DNA from: Neocallimastix sp. 'constans'
Lineage: Eukaryota
Length of the DNA stretch: 64,000 nucleotides
Direction: 5' to 3'
Assembly: GCA_050613775.1 (NCBI GenBank)
Contig: JBODTK010000113.1
Coordinates: 372,001 to 436,000, forward strand
Below, piece after piece: positions 1-12,133 of this stretch (positions within the stretch are counted from its first letter, which is position 1; the number at the start of each line of letters is the position of its first letter). The notes under the pieces were generated by a model. It was not told the DNA's origin and made no database searches. It saw only the letters and a list, made by a program, of their open reading frames with translations. The position numbers and the translations under genes were made by a program.

Positions 1-678
1 GAATTCGGCATAGTTGGCGAAATCGAATTGAGAACGATAATCTAACCAACCACCATATTTCTTATGAAGAGCGTATGGCATATCCCAGTGGTAAAGAGTA
101 GCGAGAGGAGTAATGTTGTTTTCGAGAAGAGTATCAATAACCATATCATAGTATTCAACACCCTTTTCGTTAACTTTCCATTTACCATTAACCTTCTTAG
201 CTTCACCTTCTGGGAAAAGACGAGACCAAGAGATAGAGAAACGGTAGTGATTAGCATTCATGATCTTCATCATCTTGATATCTTCATCAAACTTGTGATA
301 GGAATCACAAGCAACATTACCGTTAGTAGAATCTTTGTTAGATCTGTCACCAGATTCAACATTCTTTGGGTAGAGGTGAGTGAAGTGATCCCAAACGGAT
401 TCACCACGACCATCTACATTCCAGGCACCTTCAACTTGGTAAGCAGCAGTAGCAGCACCCCATTTGAAATCAGAAGGAAGTTTTCCCTTCTTTTCTGGTT
501 CATCACTGGAGTCTTCAGCATCATCGATTGGCTTAGTTTCATCATCAGAAACCACAGCGGTATCGTTTTCAGCTTCAGAAGCAACATCAGCAGCAGCGGC
601 ATCAGCTGGAGCTTTAACGACACATTTCTTAGCAGCAGAAACAGCTAATAAAGTAGCGAAAATAGTAAGAGTCTTCAT
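1..678 (-). CDS. Secreted GH1 beta-glucosidase, paralog A (5' 226 codons; runs off the left edge of the window)
   Basis: ATG at 678-676 on the minus strand reads MKTLTIFATLLAVSAAKKCVVKAP...FKWGAATAAYQVEGAW...TLYHWDMP...NYAEF, colinear without gaps with 3349-4026. Absent from the ORF track because there is no stop inside the window. Confidence 0.95.
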   Translation of the reverse strand, partial: MKTLTIFATLLAVSAAKKCVVKAPADAAAADVASEAENDTAVVSDDETKPIDDAEDSSDEPEKKGKLPSDFKWGAATAAYQVEGAWNVDGRGESVWDHFTHLYPKNVESGDRSNKDSTNGNVACDSYHKFDEDIKMMKIMNANHYRFSISWSRLFPEGEAKKVNGKWKVNEKGVEYYDMVIDTLLENNITPLATLYHWDMPYALHKKYGGWLDYRSQFDFANYAEF

Positions 679-1496
679 TATTCAGTTATTTTTTATTTCT
701 TTAAAAACTTTCTATTGAATTTTATCTTAATTTATATTTAATTTATATTTATTTCTATTATATTATATATTTAATAAAAAAAATTTTAATTTTTTTGTTT
801 TTGTTTATCTATTATATTAATTAATAAGTATACTTAAATTAAAATAAACAAATATTTTTTAAATTATTATTTAATTTAAATAAATTTAAAAATAAATAAA
901 AAAAAAAAAAAATGTGAGAAAAATAAAAAATATTTATATATAAAAAATTTTTATAATAATTATTATGGAACTAATATATCCTATATTAATAATAATACTA
1001 ATACCAGGATAATAATAGTTATAATATTAAATGTTAAACAATAATACTCTATTATTTAGGTGAATATAATTTAAAGATAAAATTCCATAAATTTAAAAAT
1101 TAATTTTTTTTTTACCATTTTTAATTTTGAATTGTATTCAATTAAATTAAAAGAAAATCATTTGTTAAACTTAATTTAAATATTTTAAATATATAATACT
1201 AATTAAAATAAAAATAAAAAAAAAATCTTTTAATTTATAGAAATTAAAAAATTTGAAAATTTAAAATAATAATTTGAAATATTTGAAACAGAAATGACTT
1301 TTATTAATTAATCCTTTAAAAATACATTTATAAATAAATATTTCTTTACATATTATTAATTATTATTATTAGTATTAGTATTAGTATTTTACATAATTAT
1401 TATTATTTTTTTTTATTTATATTGTTTCATCTTCATTAAAATATCTTCATTAAATTATAAAAATCTTAATATTTATTAATTATAGCACTTATTTTT

Positions 1497-1536
<40 letters not shown>

Positions 1537-2293
1537 AATAAATAAATAAATAAATATAAAATATAAATAATTTTAAATAAAAAAATTTTTTTTTTATCAA
1601 AATTTTTCATTACTCTAATTTCTTTCAATGCTTTGAAATATTAATTATATATTAATTTTTCTATTAAAAAGTTTATATTTAATATTTTAAAATTAATAAT
1701 TAAATATTATCTTTCGTTTTAATTTTTTCTTTTAAATAGATAAATAAATAAATAACTATAAAAATATTTAAATTAATAGATGAATAAATAACTAAAGTTT
1801 AAATTTATATTATTTATTAAATAGAAGATATAACTTTATTATAGATTTTTGCTTTAAGCTATGAATTATAGTTAATTGCTTTATTTTTAGTGTATCAATA
1901 ATTTACTTAATTTATTTTATTTTATTTTATTTTTCTTTTTTTTTATTTTAAAATTATATATTTGAATTAAATATTTTGGTTTTGAGAAAAAAATCTTTTA
2001 AATAATTTTTTTTTGAAACAATTTTTTATTGTTTAATGATCTTATGCTATGAAAAAAAAATAAAAATAAATTTTTTTATATAAAACAATAATATTTGTAT
2101 TATAGGATAATATTAGCATGGATCATTCACTATATTCAAGTGATTTTTTCATAATAAATAAAAAAAATTTTTTTTTAATATTACTAATTTTAAAAAAATA
2201 ATCTTTATAATAAATAAAAAAAAAAATTATTATAAATTATATATTACAGTACTCTTTCTAAAGCTTTTTTTTTTTTTTTTTTTTAATTCTATT

Positions 2294-2328
<35 letters not shown>

Positions 2329-2876
2329 TTTTTTTTTTTATTATAATCTATTTTATTTTATTTTATTTTATTTAAATATGTGGATTCATTTGTATTATTA
2401 CAGAACTAAATAATTTTTATTATAGATTAAACTTTTAAAAATTCTATAAAAGTTAATTATTAAAGTTGTAAAATACGGAGATTTATTTTTTTATATAATA
2501 TAATAAAAAAAATAACTTTAATTACAATGAAACAAATAAAATGAAAAAGATGTTATTATAGTAATCATAATAAATAATTATTTAAAATAAAAAAAAAAAA
2601 AAAGGAGTATTAAATATGAAGGTGTTTCAAGTGTTCTAATTAATTTTTTTAGAATTATTGTTTACTTATAATATTTTTGGATATTCTTTAATATATATTT
2701 TTAATAAGATAATATTTTTTTTTATTATGAAATAAAGTTTTCAAATTAATTTTTCTTTTTAATTATCAACAATAACACAAAAAAAATAATTAGTGATTGG
2801 ATATATTAAATTATTTACTTTATATTTCTTTTGCTCAAATGATAATAGATTATAATAGTTAAACAATTTATTAAAA

Positions 2877-2951
<75 letters not shown>

Positions 2952-3348
2952 AATATTATTATTATTATAATTATTATAATAATTAATAATTATTAATAAT
3001 TATAGTAATAGTATTATTATTAAAAATTTAAGTATAAATATTCTGAAATTTTTCTTTTCCATTTTTTTTTTCCAATATATAAATTATTTTCATATTTTTC
3101 TTTTAAATAAAGAAAAAAGCACATTGGAAATTAATTATTAATATTTCAATTTAAATATAACTAATTAAAAAAGATATTAATAAATATAAAAATAATTATT
3201 ATATTATAATATAATAAAAAAAAATTAATATAATTTAATATTTTATAAATAAAAAAATTTAAAATATATTTAATTTAAAATAAAAAAAAAAAAATAATTA
3301 AAATTTAAAATATTTAAGTAAATAAAAATTAAATAATAAAAAAAAAAA

Positions 3349-5304
3349 ATGAAGACTCTTACTCTTTTCACTACTTTATTAGCTGTTTCTGCTGCTAAGA
3401 AATGTGTTGTTAAGGCTCCAGCTGATGCCGCTGCTGCTGATGTTGCTTCCGAAGCCGAAAATGATACCGCTGTGGTTTCTGATGATGAAACTAAGCCAAT
3501 TGATGATGCTGAAGATTCAAGTGATGAACCAGAAAAGAAGGGAAAACTTCCCTCTGATTTCAAATGGGGTGCTGCTACTGCTGCTTACCAAGTTGAAGGT
3601 GCCTGGAATGTAGATGGTCGTGGTGAATCTGTTTGGGATCACTTCACTCACCTCTACCCAAAGAATGTTGAATCTGGTGACAGATCTAACAAAGATTCTA
3701 CTAACGGTAATGTTGCTTGTGATTCCTACCACAAGTTTGATGAAGATATCAAGATGATGAAGATTATGAACGCTAATCACTACCGTTTCTCTATCTCTTG
3801 GTCTCGTCTTTTCCCAGAAGGTGAAGCTAAGAAGGTTAATGGTAAATGGAAAGTTAACGAAAAGGGTGTTGAATACTATGATATGGTTATTGATACTCTT
3901 CTCGAAAACAACATTACTCCACTCGCTACTCTTTACCACTGGGATATGCCATACGCTCTTCATAAGAAGTATGGTGGTTGGTTAGATTACCGTTCCCAAT
4001 TCGATTTCGCCAACTATGCCGAATTCTGTTTCGAACACTTTGGTGATCGTGTTAAGGGATGGATTACCATTAATGAACCATGGGTTAACTGTGTTGCCGG
4101 TTACAAGAATGGACCAGGTAAAGCTCCATACAGATGTACTGGTGAAGCTCCACGTAAGCTTGCCAATGACACCACTGGTCTTGATTTAGAAGGAGGTTGT
4201 TCCTATGAAATTGGTCCAACCAAGTACACTAAGGATTCCGAAGAACTTCCAGCTGATCGTCCACCACAAAAGTTAGAAGATGTCTGGTGTTCTCACAACA
4301 TTCTTCTTGGTCACGCTCAAGCTGTCAAGGTTTATCGTGAAAAATTCCAAAAGAAACAAAAGGGTCTCATTGGTATTACCATTGATGGTGAAGCTCAAAT
4401 TCCATATGAAGAAGCTGGTATGAGTGAAGAAGAATATGAAAACAACAAGAAATATGCTAACTTAGCCGCCGAATTCCGTATTGGTTGGTACTCCGATCCA
4501 GTTATGTTTGGTGATTATCCAGAATCAGTTAAACAAAGAAATGGTAAGGATTTACCAGAATTCACTGCTGAAGAAAAGAAATTATTAAAAGGATCCTCTT
4601 CAGACTTCTTAGGTTGGAACACTTACACTTCTCACTGGGCTGCTCAAGTTAAGAATGAAGATGGTACTTACGTTGAACCACCAAGTGATGAAGAAGCTAG
4701 CTACGATAACTCTAAGAGAGATATGTGGGATGATAACTGTAAGGGACGTGGAGATGGATGGACTTGTATTCCACCAACTCTTGGTTCTCAAGCTGGTTCA
4801 TCCTGGAACACCAAGTATGGTCCAACTATTCGTGTTGGTCTTAACTGGTTCTCTAAGCGTTATGAAGGTCTCATCAAGAATGGTATCATCATTACCGAAA
4901 ATGGTTGTGCTCAACCAAACTACAAGGTTAGCCGTGCCAATGATAAGGTTACTCTTGATTACTGGAAGTCTATTGGTAAGGAAGAATATGCTGATACCTA
5001 TGATGAAGATATTATTGAAGATGAAAAGAATCTTGATGGTACTCTTATTCACGATACCTACCGTATTGACTGGTACAAACAATACCTTGAAAATCTTCGT
5101 CTTGCTTATGTCGAAGATGGAGTTGATATCCGTGGTTACATGGCCTGGTCTTTACTTGATAACTTCGAATGGGAAAATGGATATGAAACTCGTTTCGGTA
5201 TGACCTACATTGACTTCTACCATGACAAAGAATTAAAGCGTGTTCCAAAAGATTCTCTTACCTACCTTGGTCAATGGTACTTAGAAAACGTTGAACAAGA
5301 ATAA
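3349..5304 (+). CDS. bglA: Secreted GH1 beta-glucosidase, paralog B (651 aa; resembles Orpinomyces BglA / Piromyces Cel1A type; intronless, no dockerin)
   Basis: Signal peptide, acidic N-terminal linker, GH1 motifs FKWGAATAAYQVEG, YRFSISWSR, TLYHWD, TINEP (acid/base Glu), ITENG (nucleophile Glu), WSLLDNFEW, RFG. Confidence 0.96.
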   Translation: MKTLTLFTTLLAVSAAKKCVVKAPADAAAADVASEAENDTAVVSDDETKPIDDAEDSSDEPEKKGKLPSDFKWGAATAAYQVEGAWNVDGRGESVWDHFTHLYPKNVESGDRSNKDSTNGNVACDSYHKFDEDIKMMKIMNANHYRFSISWSRLFPEGEAKKVNGKWKVNEKGVEYYDMVIDTLLENNITPLATLYHWDMPYALHKKYGGWLDYRSQFDFANYAEFCFEHFGDRVKGWITINEPWVNCVAGYKNGPGKAPYRCTGEAPRKLANDTTGLDLEGGCSYEIGPTKYTKDSEELPADRPPQKLEDVWCSHNILLGHAQAVKVYREKFQKKQKGLIGITIDGEAQIPYEEAGMSEEEYENNKKYANLAAEFRIGWYSDPVMFGDYPESVKQRNGKDLPEFTAEEKKLLKGSSSDFLGWNTYTSHWAAQVKNEDGTYVEPPSDEEASYDNSKRDMWDDNCKGRGDGWTCIPPTLGSQAGSSWNTKYGPTIRVGLNWFSKRYEGLIKNGIIITENGCAQPNYKVSRANDKVTLDYWKSIGKEEYADTYDEDIIEDEKNLDGTLIHDTYRIDWYKQYLENLRLAYVEDGVDIRGYMAWSLLDNFEWENGYETRFGMTYIDFYHDKELKRVPKDSLTYLGQWYLENVEQE

Positions 5305-5937
5305 ATTAATAATTATGAATTATAAATTAATTAGATAGAATAATAATTATAAAAATAATAAAAAAAAATTTTTATTTTTTATAAAGTATTGTAATATAGT
5401 AATTAATTAATAAAAATTAAGAAATTTTAATTATTATGGTTTAATATGAAAACTCAATTATATGAAAACAATAATAAAGATATAAATACAAAAAATTAGA
5501 TATACATAATAAAAATAAAAATAAAATGTATAAAAATTAAATAAATAAAAATTAATTAAAAATAAAATAAAATTAAATAAAATTAAAATTAAATAAAATT
5601 GGTGTATTAATATATTATAAAAAAAAATTCCAAAATAAAAAAAAATTTTTTTGTTAGTAATAATTAATTTTAAAAAAAAAAAAGAATAAAAAAACAAATT
5701 TGTTTGTAAAAATTACAAACATTATTTACAAATTTATTAGTTTTATTACTATAAAATTTAAGGTTTATAATGAAAATGATTTATAATTATTATTGTTGAA
5801 ATTATTAATAGTAGTAGTAGTTGTATTATTAATTATTTATATTTATTAGTATTACTAAAGGAATTTATTTAGGTATTAATTATTTAGACATTTATTTATT
5901 ATTTAGGAAATTATTTATTGACAAAAGTCGCATTTTT

Positions 5938-5985
<48 letters not shown>

Positions 5986-6000
5986 AAATAAATAAAAATA

Positions 6001-6365
6001 TATCATTATTTTAAAAAATAAGAAGGAAATATTAAAAAATATGAAAGTTTACATAATCATCTTAAAAAAAAGAAATTTGATGCTTCTATATTAATTGCAA
6101 AACGTAAAATTAAAAAATGAAGTTTAGAAAAAAGTTCAATTCCTTTAGGTATAAAAACCTAAACCTATATTTAATGAAGTTTCACAAGAAAATGGGATTT
6201 AATTTATATATCCTTAATATAAAAACAATTAAATCTTAAATAACAAGAAATATAAATAAACAACGACCTCCTGATGTAACAAAGTTTATTGTTAATAGAA
6301 GACCTAAAAATGATATTGTTGAATTTGGATTTAAGTGTTTAATTAATCTAAATAATATAAATACT
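6001..6365 (+). mobile_element. Internally deleted, decayed MULE (Mutator-like) transposase remnant
   Basis: Across stops and frameshifts the + strand reads IILKNKKEILK-YESLHNHLK..FDASILIAKRKIK..KSSIPLGIK-KPIFNEVSQE..IKS*ITRNINKQRPPDVTKF, then jumps to KNDIVE..FKC..INLNNIN. As I recall them, these match the N-terminal (HNH zinc-finger end) and extreme C-terminal parts of gut-fungal MULE transposases; the DDE core is absent. Confidence 0.7.
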
Positions 6366-6573
6366 AATTTGTAAAAAAAAAAAAAATTGACAGTGTAATA
6401 AGCAAATGAAAAAAGATTATCTGAATTCTGTTGCAATTATTATTAATAATTAAAATTATTCTTTATTAAAAAGCCATATTTGTTTAAAATTCTAATAGTT
6501 TTTATAAATTTTAATTTAAGAAAATAAAAAATATATATATTAAAAATATCTATCATTAAATATTTTTAAAATA

Positions 6574-6688
<115 letters not shown>

Positions 6689-6832
6689 TTTTTATTAATA
6701 AATTTTATATCTAAACCGTTAATTTTATGAATACTATAAAACAAATTTTCTATTAACTAAAAAACAAAAATTTTTCTATTAAAATGTATAAAAAAAATAA
6801 AATAAAATAAAATAAAATAAAAAATATATATA

Positions 6833-6871
<39 letters not shown>

Positions 6872-7279
6872 TATTAAATATTAAATATTTTTATTAATAT
6901 TTTTCATATCTACATCATTATTTTTATGAATACTATAAAATTAAATAAACATGAAGGTATCATAAGAGAATTTACCGTAATATATAAATATATAAATAAT
7001 ACTTTGAATAAATATCATAATAAAATATTAATGTTCATTATTATACGTAATAATTATTAAAATTTTTATATACGTTTATTAAATAAACGTTTTGAATTAG
7101 TATTAACAAATAAATAAGAATTATATTTTGTATACATTAAAATAATCTTTATTTTTATTCATTTATATTACATATAATTATTATCATAATAATATTTATT
7201 AATTATTAAAGATTAAAAATTCTAATATTTTGATAAAAGGGTGCTAAATTGTTTTAAATTTAACTTTTTTATTTATAAT

Positions 7280-8040
7280 TCATAATATTAATTTAATACA
7301 ATGATAAATACTTAAAATACTTAAAATAATTATAAGTGCAATAGTTAATAAGTATATTTGAAGTACACCTAAAATATAATCGTACTCTGAAGGTCTATTT
7401 GGCTTTCTACAATAACTATATTCCAAGTCTTTTATACATCTTTTTGACCCACATTCTTTATTCTTTTTACATATAACACCTAATGCTTTACCACAATGTC
7501 TATACGAACGTCCACCAAAAATAAGTGAATAACTATATATTATCAGTACAAAATTCAGATGGACCCTCTCATTAAAAATGCAAGCCCCTTTAATACATTT
7601 ATTAGTTAAACATTGCGAATCAGAAGTACATTTAATAGAAATAAACAATTTGACACGTATTTTCTTCTTTATTATAAATTACACAAAAATTAGTGTTATA
7701 TTCACCTGATAATGAATCATTATAATTAAATGATTTATTAATATATCTTTTTACATTTCCTTTTGTATCTGGAATTTCAACAAACTCTTTTAATAAATCA
7801 TCTTCTACTTGATTGCAAAAATCATTTTTTATAAAGAAAGCTATTATAAAAAGTATTCCTAACTTTTAAAATTTCAGTTTTATTAGAAACTTTACTTTTA
7901 TCATAAGTATATGTAATACTGGAATAATTATAAAAATCAGTGATGTTATCATAGGTATATAATAAATAGGAGTAAATAATTTGAACATTAGTAATCATAT
8001 AAAAAATATAAATAAAATATACCAATGATTTATTGTACAT
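7280..8040 (-). pseudogene. Frameshifted gene for a Cys-rich single-pass membrane protein (expanded gut-fungal family, function unknown)
   Basis: ORFs 7822-8040 (hydrophobic leader) and 7280-7648 (CTSDSQCLTNKC...HCGKALGVICKKNKECGSKRC plus a C-terminal TM helix) are bridged by a third-frame segment KNDFCNQVEDDLLKEFVEIPDTKGNVKRYI...FCVIYNKEENTCQ. GPSEFCTD lies out of frame inside the second ORF. At least 4 frame changes. Confidence 0.7.
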
Positions 8041-8615
8041 ATTGTTTAAATATTTACTTCTATTATTATTTTTATTTAAATATTTATTTTTTAAAGTATA
8101 CTTTATTTATATATTCAATCTAAAGATTTTATAAAACCTTTAATTTTAATTTTTATATTATAAAAAAAAATAATTTTTTGTAAAGAATTTTTTTTTTCTT
8201 CATATATTGTTTTTTTATTATTATCATTATTTTTAAGAATATTTAAAGAATTTTATATATATATATTTATAAGATATATAAGTCTTAATTTTTAAATAAA
8301 AAAAAAAAATTTTTTTAATACTTTTTTTAAATTTCAAATATACTTTATTTTATTTTATTTTTTTTTTTTTAAATAATTTTTTTTTTTAAATAATTCATTT
8401 TTTGTTTAAATAATTCATTTTTTTTAAAATATTTTTTTTTAAATAATATTTAAAGAATAATTCTTTTATATTTATAAGATATATAAGCATTTTTTAAATT
8501 TTAAATATATTTTTATTTTTTTTATTTTAAATATATAAAAAAGATAATAAAAGTAAAAAAAAAAAAAATAAAAAAAAAAAGAACTTTAATAAAATTTAAT
8601 TAATAAATAATTATA

Positions 8616-9876
8616 ATGTCAAATTAGGGTTAGAGAAATCCAACTTATGAATGCTCCATAATGTACAAAAAAGATTTTTTTAATGAAAACTTTATTTAAT
8701 ATAAAAATTTAATATAAAATTTATTATTATTTAATATTTAAAAATAATAAATTTAAATTAACACTAAAATAAAAAAATTTTTTTTTTGTTTTACTTTTTA
8801 TTTTATTTATTAAAATACACTTTTTTTTTTTTTATATAATAAATATATAACTTCCCTTCGTTATATTTACAAAACTAGATATTATAAATTTTATAAAGCC
8901 TTTCTTTTTTTTTCTTTTATTACAATAATTCTTTCAAAAAAATCTTTTTTATTTTTATATAAAATAATTTTTTTTTAATTATTACTATATTAGTATTAAT
9001 GTATTTTTTTTTTTTTTAATGAATTTCCTTTCATTGGAAAGGATGTGGTGCATTTCGCAACGTGTTTTTATATGAAATTTAGCGAACTTTAAAAAACTGT
9101 TGATGAAAAGTTGGCTTAAATTCTTTTTGATAAATAAATAATATTATTTAAATTGTAAATAAATAATAAAATAATGAAATAATATTCAACAAGAATCTAG
9201 TGCGTTTCTCAATCGTCCGTTTTTATTTATCTATTTACAATTATTTAAAAAAAAAAAAAAAAAGAAAAATGTGGGACATTAAATTATGATTCAAATTTAA
9301 ATTTAAAAGCCACGTTCCGAAATATAATGGTAGGAAATGCAACACTCCCGTAAATTTGATAGCATAAATAAATCAATGTTTTTTAATTATATTCTTATTA
9401 TTTTAATATTTATATTTATATAGTTATTAACTATTTCCTTATAAATAATAATTATTAATATTAATAATACTTTAACATAAAAAATTCATTTAATAGTTTA
9501 ATTTTAATCATAAGACCAACTAATTAAATAGTTAATTATAACTAGATAATATAAAAAATAAAACATTTTCTCTGAATTTAAGAGAAGTTTGTAAGAAAGT
9601 TGTTAGATAGTATTAAATGTTATAGTCAAGTATAAATTTTTTCTTCTTAAATAAATATATGTAATCTTAATAATAAGATTAGATAAATAAATAAATAATA
9701 CTTTTCATAAATTTAATAAATAAATCCTCAACAATACTTCCTCGAACTTTGAGTTATATATCAAAATAAAAATTTTATAACTATAATTTCATGCATTTCA
9801 TACGAAAAGTTTTTTATTTTTTGTTTAACTTTTGATGAAAAGAAATTTTTTATTGCTTTTAGTTTTGAAAATTCAA

Positions 9877-9920
<44 letters not shown>

Positions 9921-9938
9921 TTAACCCTAATTTGACAT
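8616..9938. mobile_element. Putative non-autonomous DNA element (~1.32 kb) bounded by 17-bp perfect terminal inverted repeats
   Basis: ATGTCAAATTAGGGTTA at 8616-8632 is the exact reverse complement of TAACCCTAATTTGACAT at 9922-9938. No internal ORF and no clean target-site duplication seen. Confidence 0.55.
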
Positions 9939-10219
9939 GATATAAAATTAATATACTTATTAATTTATTTATTAAAAAAGTCATATTTTCTGAAATGGCA
10001 ATCTAAATACTCTTAATTTAGTATTAAGTATTAGAGTGAACTTTAGATAAATATATAACTCATGGTAAAAAATTATAATAATAAATAATAAATGTTTCAG
10101 AATAATGAAACTATTTATTAAAAGATGAGAAAAAAAAAAAAAAAAAAACATTAATAATCAAAAACTATTTTTTTTTTTGGATTATTAATAAATGAATAAA
10201 TGTATAATTATTTAATACA

Positions 10220-10250
<31 letters not shown>

Positions 10251-10727
10251 ATGGTTTGATAATTATTATATAAATGATTATTAAATAAATAAATAAATAA
10301 ATACATCAATTTGAAGGTAAAAAGTCATTAATAGTTTTTTTGAACTATTTATTTCTTTAATTTAAAATTTGATTTTTATATGTTAATTATAATTGAATCA
10401 TATAGTAATAAAATAATGACACGTAGTATGTGGAACTAATAAATTTATAATAATACTAAATTTAGTATTTAATTAAATTAATTACATATAGGTTGCTATT
10501 AATATGATTATAAAAACCATTATTAATGATGGTTAAATTAATTATCTAATTACTATTTTATTTATTTATTTATTTATTTATTTAGAGATATTAACTATTA
10601 TTATTATTAATAACAATAACTGTATTGATAATGAAAATAATGAATAATTAAATACTTTTTTCATGGTAATTAAAAATTAAAAAGTTTAATGATTATAAAA
10701 TATAAAAATTTTTTTAGATAAAATAAT

Positions 10728-10770
<43 letters not shown>

Positions 10771-11261
10771 TTTGAATTTATAAATAATATTTAGATAAAA
10801 TTTAAAAAGAAAATATAATTTAGTTTAAATAAATAAATAAATAAGAAAAAGAAATGTAATTAAAGAACTAAAAAATAAAAGAAAATATCCTGTCAAATAA
10901 TAAATGTACCAACAGCCGAGAGTTATTTTAAGTTATGAATGGATATTATAAATAATAAAAGAGGTGTGAAATTATTTTAAAATATATATATATATATATA
11001 TATATAGTATTCATAAATGTTCAAAAAGGCTTAAATCCAAATTCTATATTAATATTTATCTTTTAATATATTAGATCAATAAAGTAAAATAAACAATGAA
11101 AATTTAATATAATAGAAAATGAATCATATTTGATATTGTTATCTATCCCTAATTATATTAATTGGCTTTTTATATACTATTTTTATTTTTATTTTTTATT
11201 TAGCTTAAATAAACTACCATAAATTTAAAATTTTATTTTTATTGTAATTTTAAAGTATTTA

Positions 11262-11420
11262 ATAATAAAAATACTGATAATAATATAAAATTATTTATTT
11301 ATTTTTTTTTTAAATAATTACAATTTATATTATTATTATTTAATAATAAAAATACTGATAATAATATAAAATTATTTATTTATTTTTTTTTAAATAATTA
11401 CAATTTATATTATTATTAGT
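11262..11420 (+). repeat. Tandem duplication of a ~80-bp AT-rich unit
   Basis: AATAATAAAAATACTGATAATAATATAAAATTATTTATTTATTTTTTTT(T)AAATAATTACAATTTATATTATTATTA occurs twice in tandem. Confidence 0.85.
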
Positions 11421-11422
11421 AA

Positions 11423-11570
11423 TAATAATAATGGGCAGTGTGTAACGACGATTGAGAGCGGCGAAGCTGATACAGTATGCCAATAACTCATCACCTTACA
11501 GTTAATTAATAACTGTATGGCCATATGGGAGATGGGTACCCATATGTGCAAGTCTTTGTTTTTTTTTTTT
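11423..11570 (-). mobile_element. Short GC-richer structured insertion with 17-bp direct flanking repeats (SINE or truncated LINE 3' end candidate)
   Basis: TATATTATTATTAGTAA at 11406-11422 and 11571-11587 flanks a ~125-bp GC-rich island. The minus strand ends ...CGTTACACACTGCCC(ATT)n. Internal hairpins TACAGTTA/TAACTGTA and CATATGGG/CCCATATG. Confidence 0.5.
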
Positions 11571-11681
11571 TATATTATTATTAGTAAATAATTTTTTTTA
11601 AATATTTATTTATTTATTTTTTTAAATAATTACAATATTTAAAAAGAATTATTTTTAATGAAGAAAACTCTTAATATTATA

Positions 11682-11713
<32 letters not shown>

Positions 11714-12088
11714 ATAAAAAGTTGATTTTATATTATTTAGAGTGTCATATTCAAAAGTAATATATTTTTAATAAATTATTAGAAATAAAGTTTTAAAAAA
11801 ATATGAACAGTGTCATTTTAAAAAGAATATTCAAAAAAAAAAAAAAAAAAAAGTAATATTGATAATAATAAGTTTGACATAGATTTAAATAATTCTCCAT
11901 ATGAAAATTCATAATGAAAATTAGGCAATTATTCAAAAAATAATAAAAAATAATAAAAATAAAAAAATAGAACTCACGTGTGAAGATAAATTCATAATAT
12001 AGATATATATATATTTTTTATTTTTTATTTTTTATTTTTTTTTGAAACATTAAATATTATCTTATTTATTTTAATAATATATATATAA

Positions 12089-12133
<45 letters not shown>

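Noticed and set aside
42..5248. Antisense and alternate-frame ORFs over both GH1 genes (e.g. 64-648, 464-718, 3517-3963, 4655-5203)
   Set aside because: Shadows of strongly codon-biased GH1 coding sequence; they recur in both copies only because the genes are duplicated.
11433..11555. Hammerhead or HDV-like ribozyme, tRNA or snRNA
   Set aside because: No CUGAUGA plus GAAA core, no workable HDV pairing order, no cloverleaf, and no recognisable snRNA motifs.
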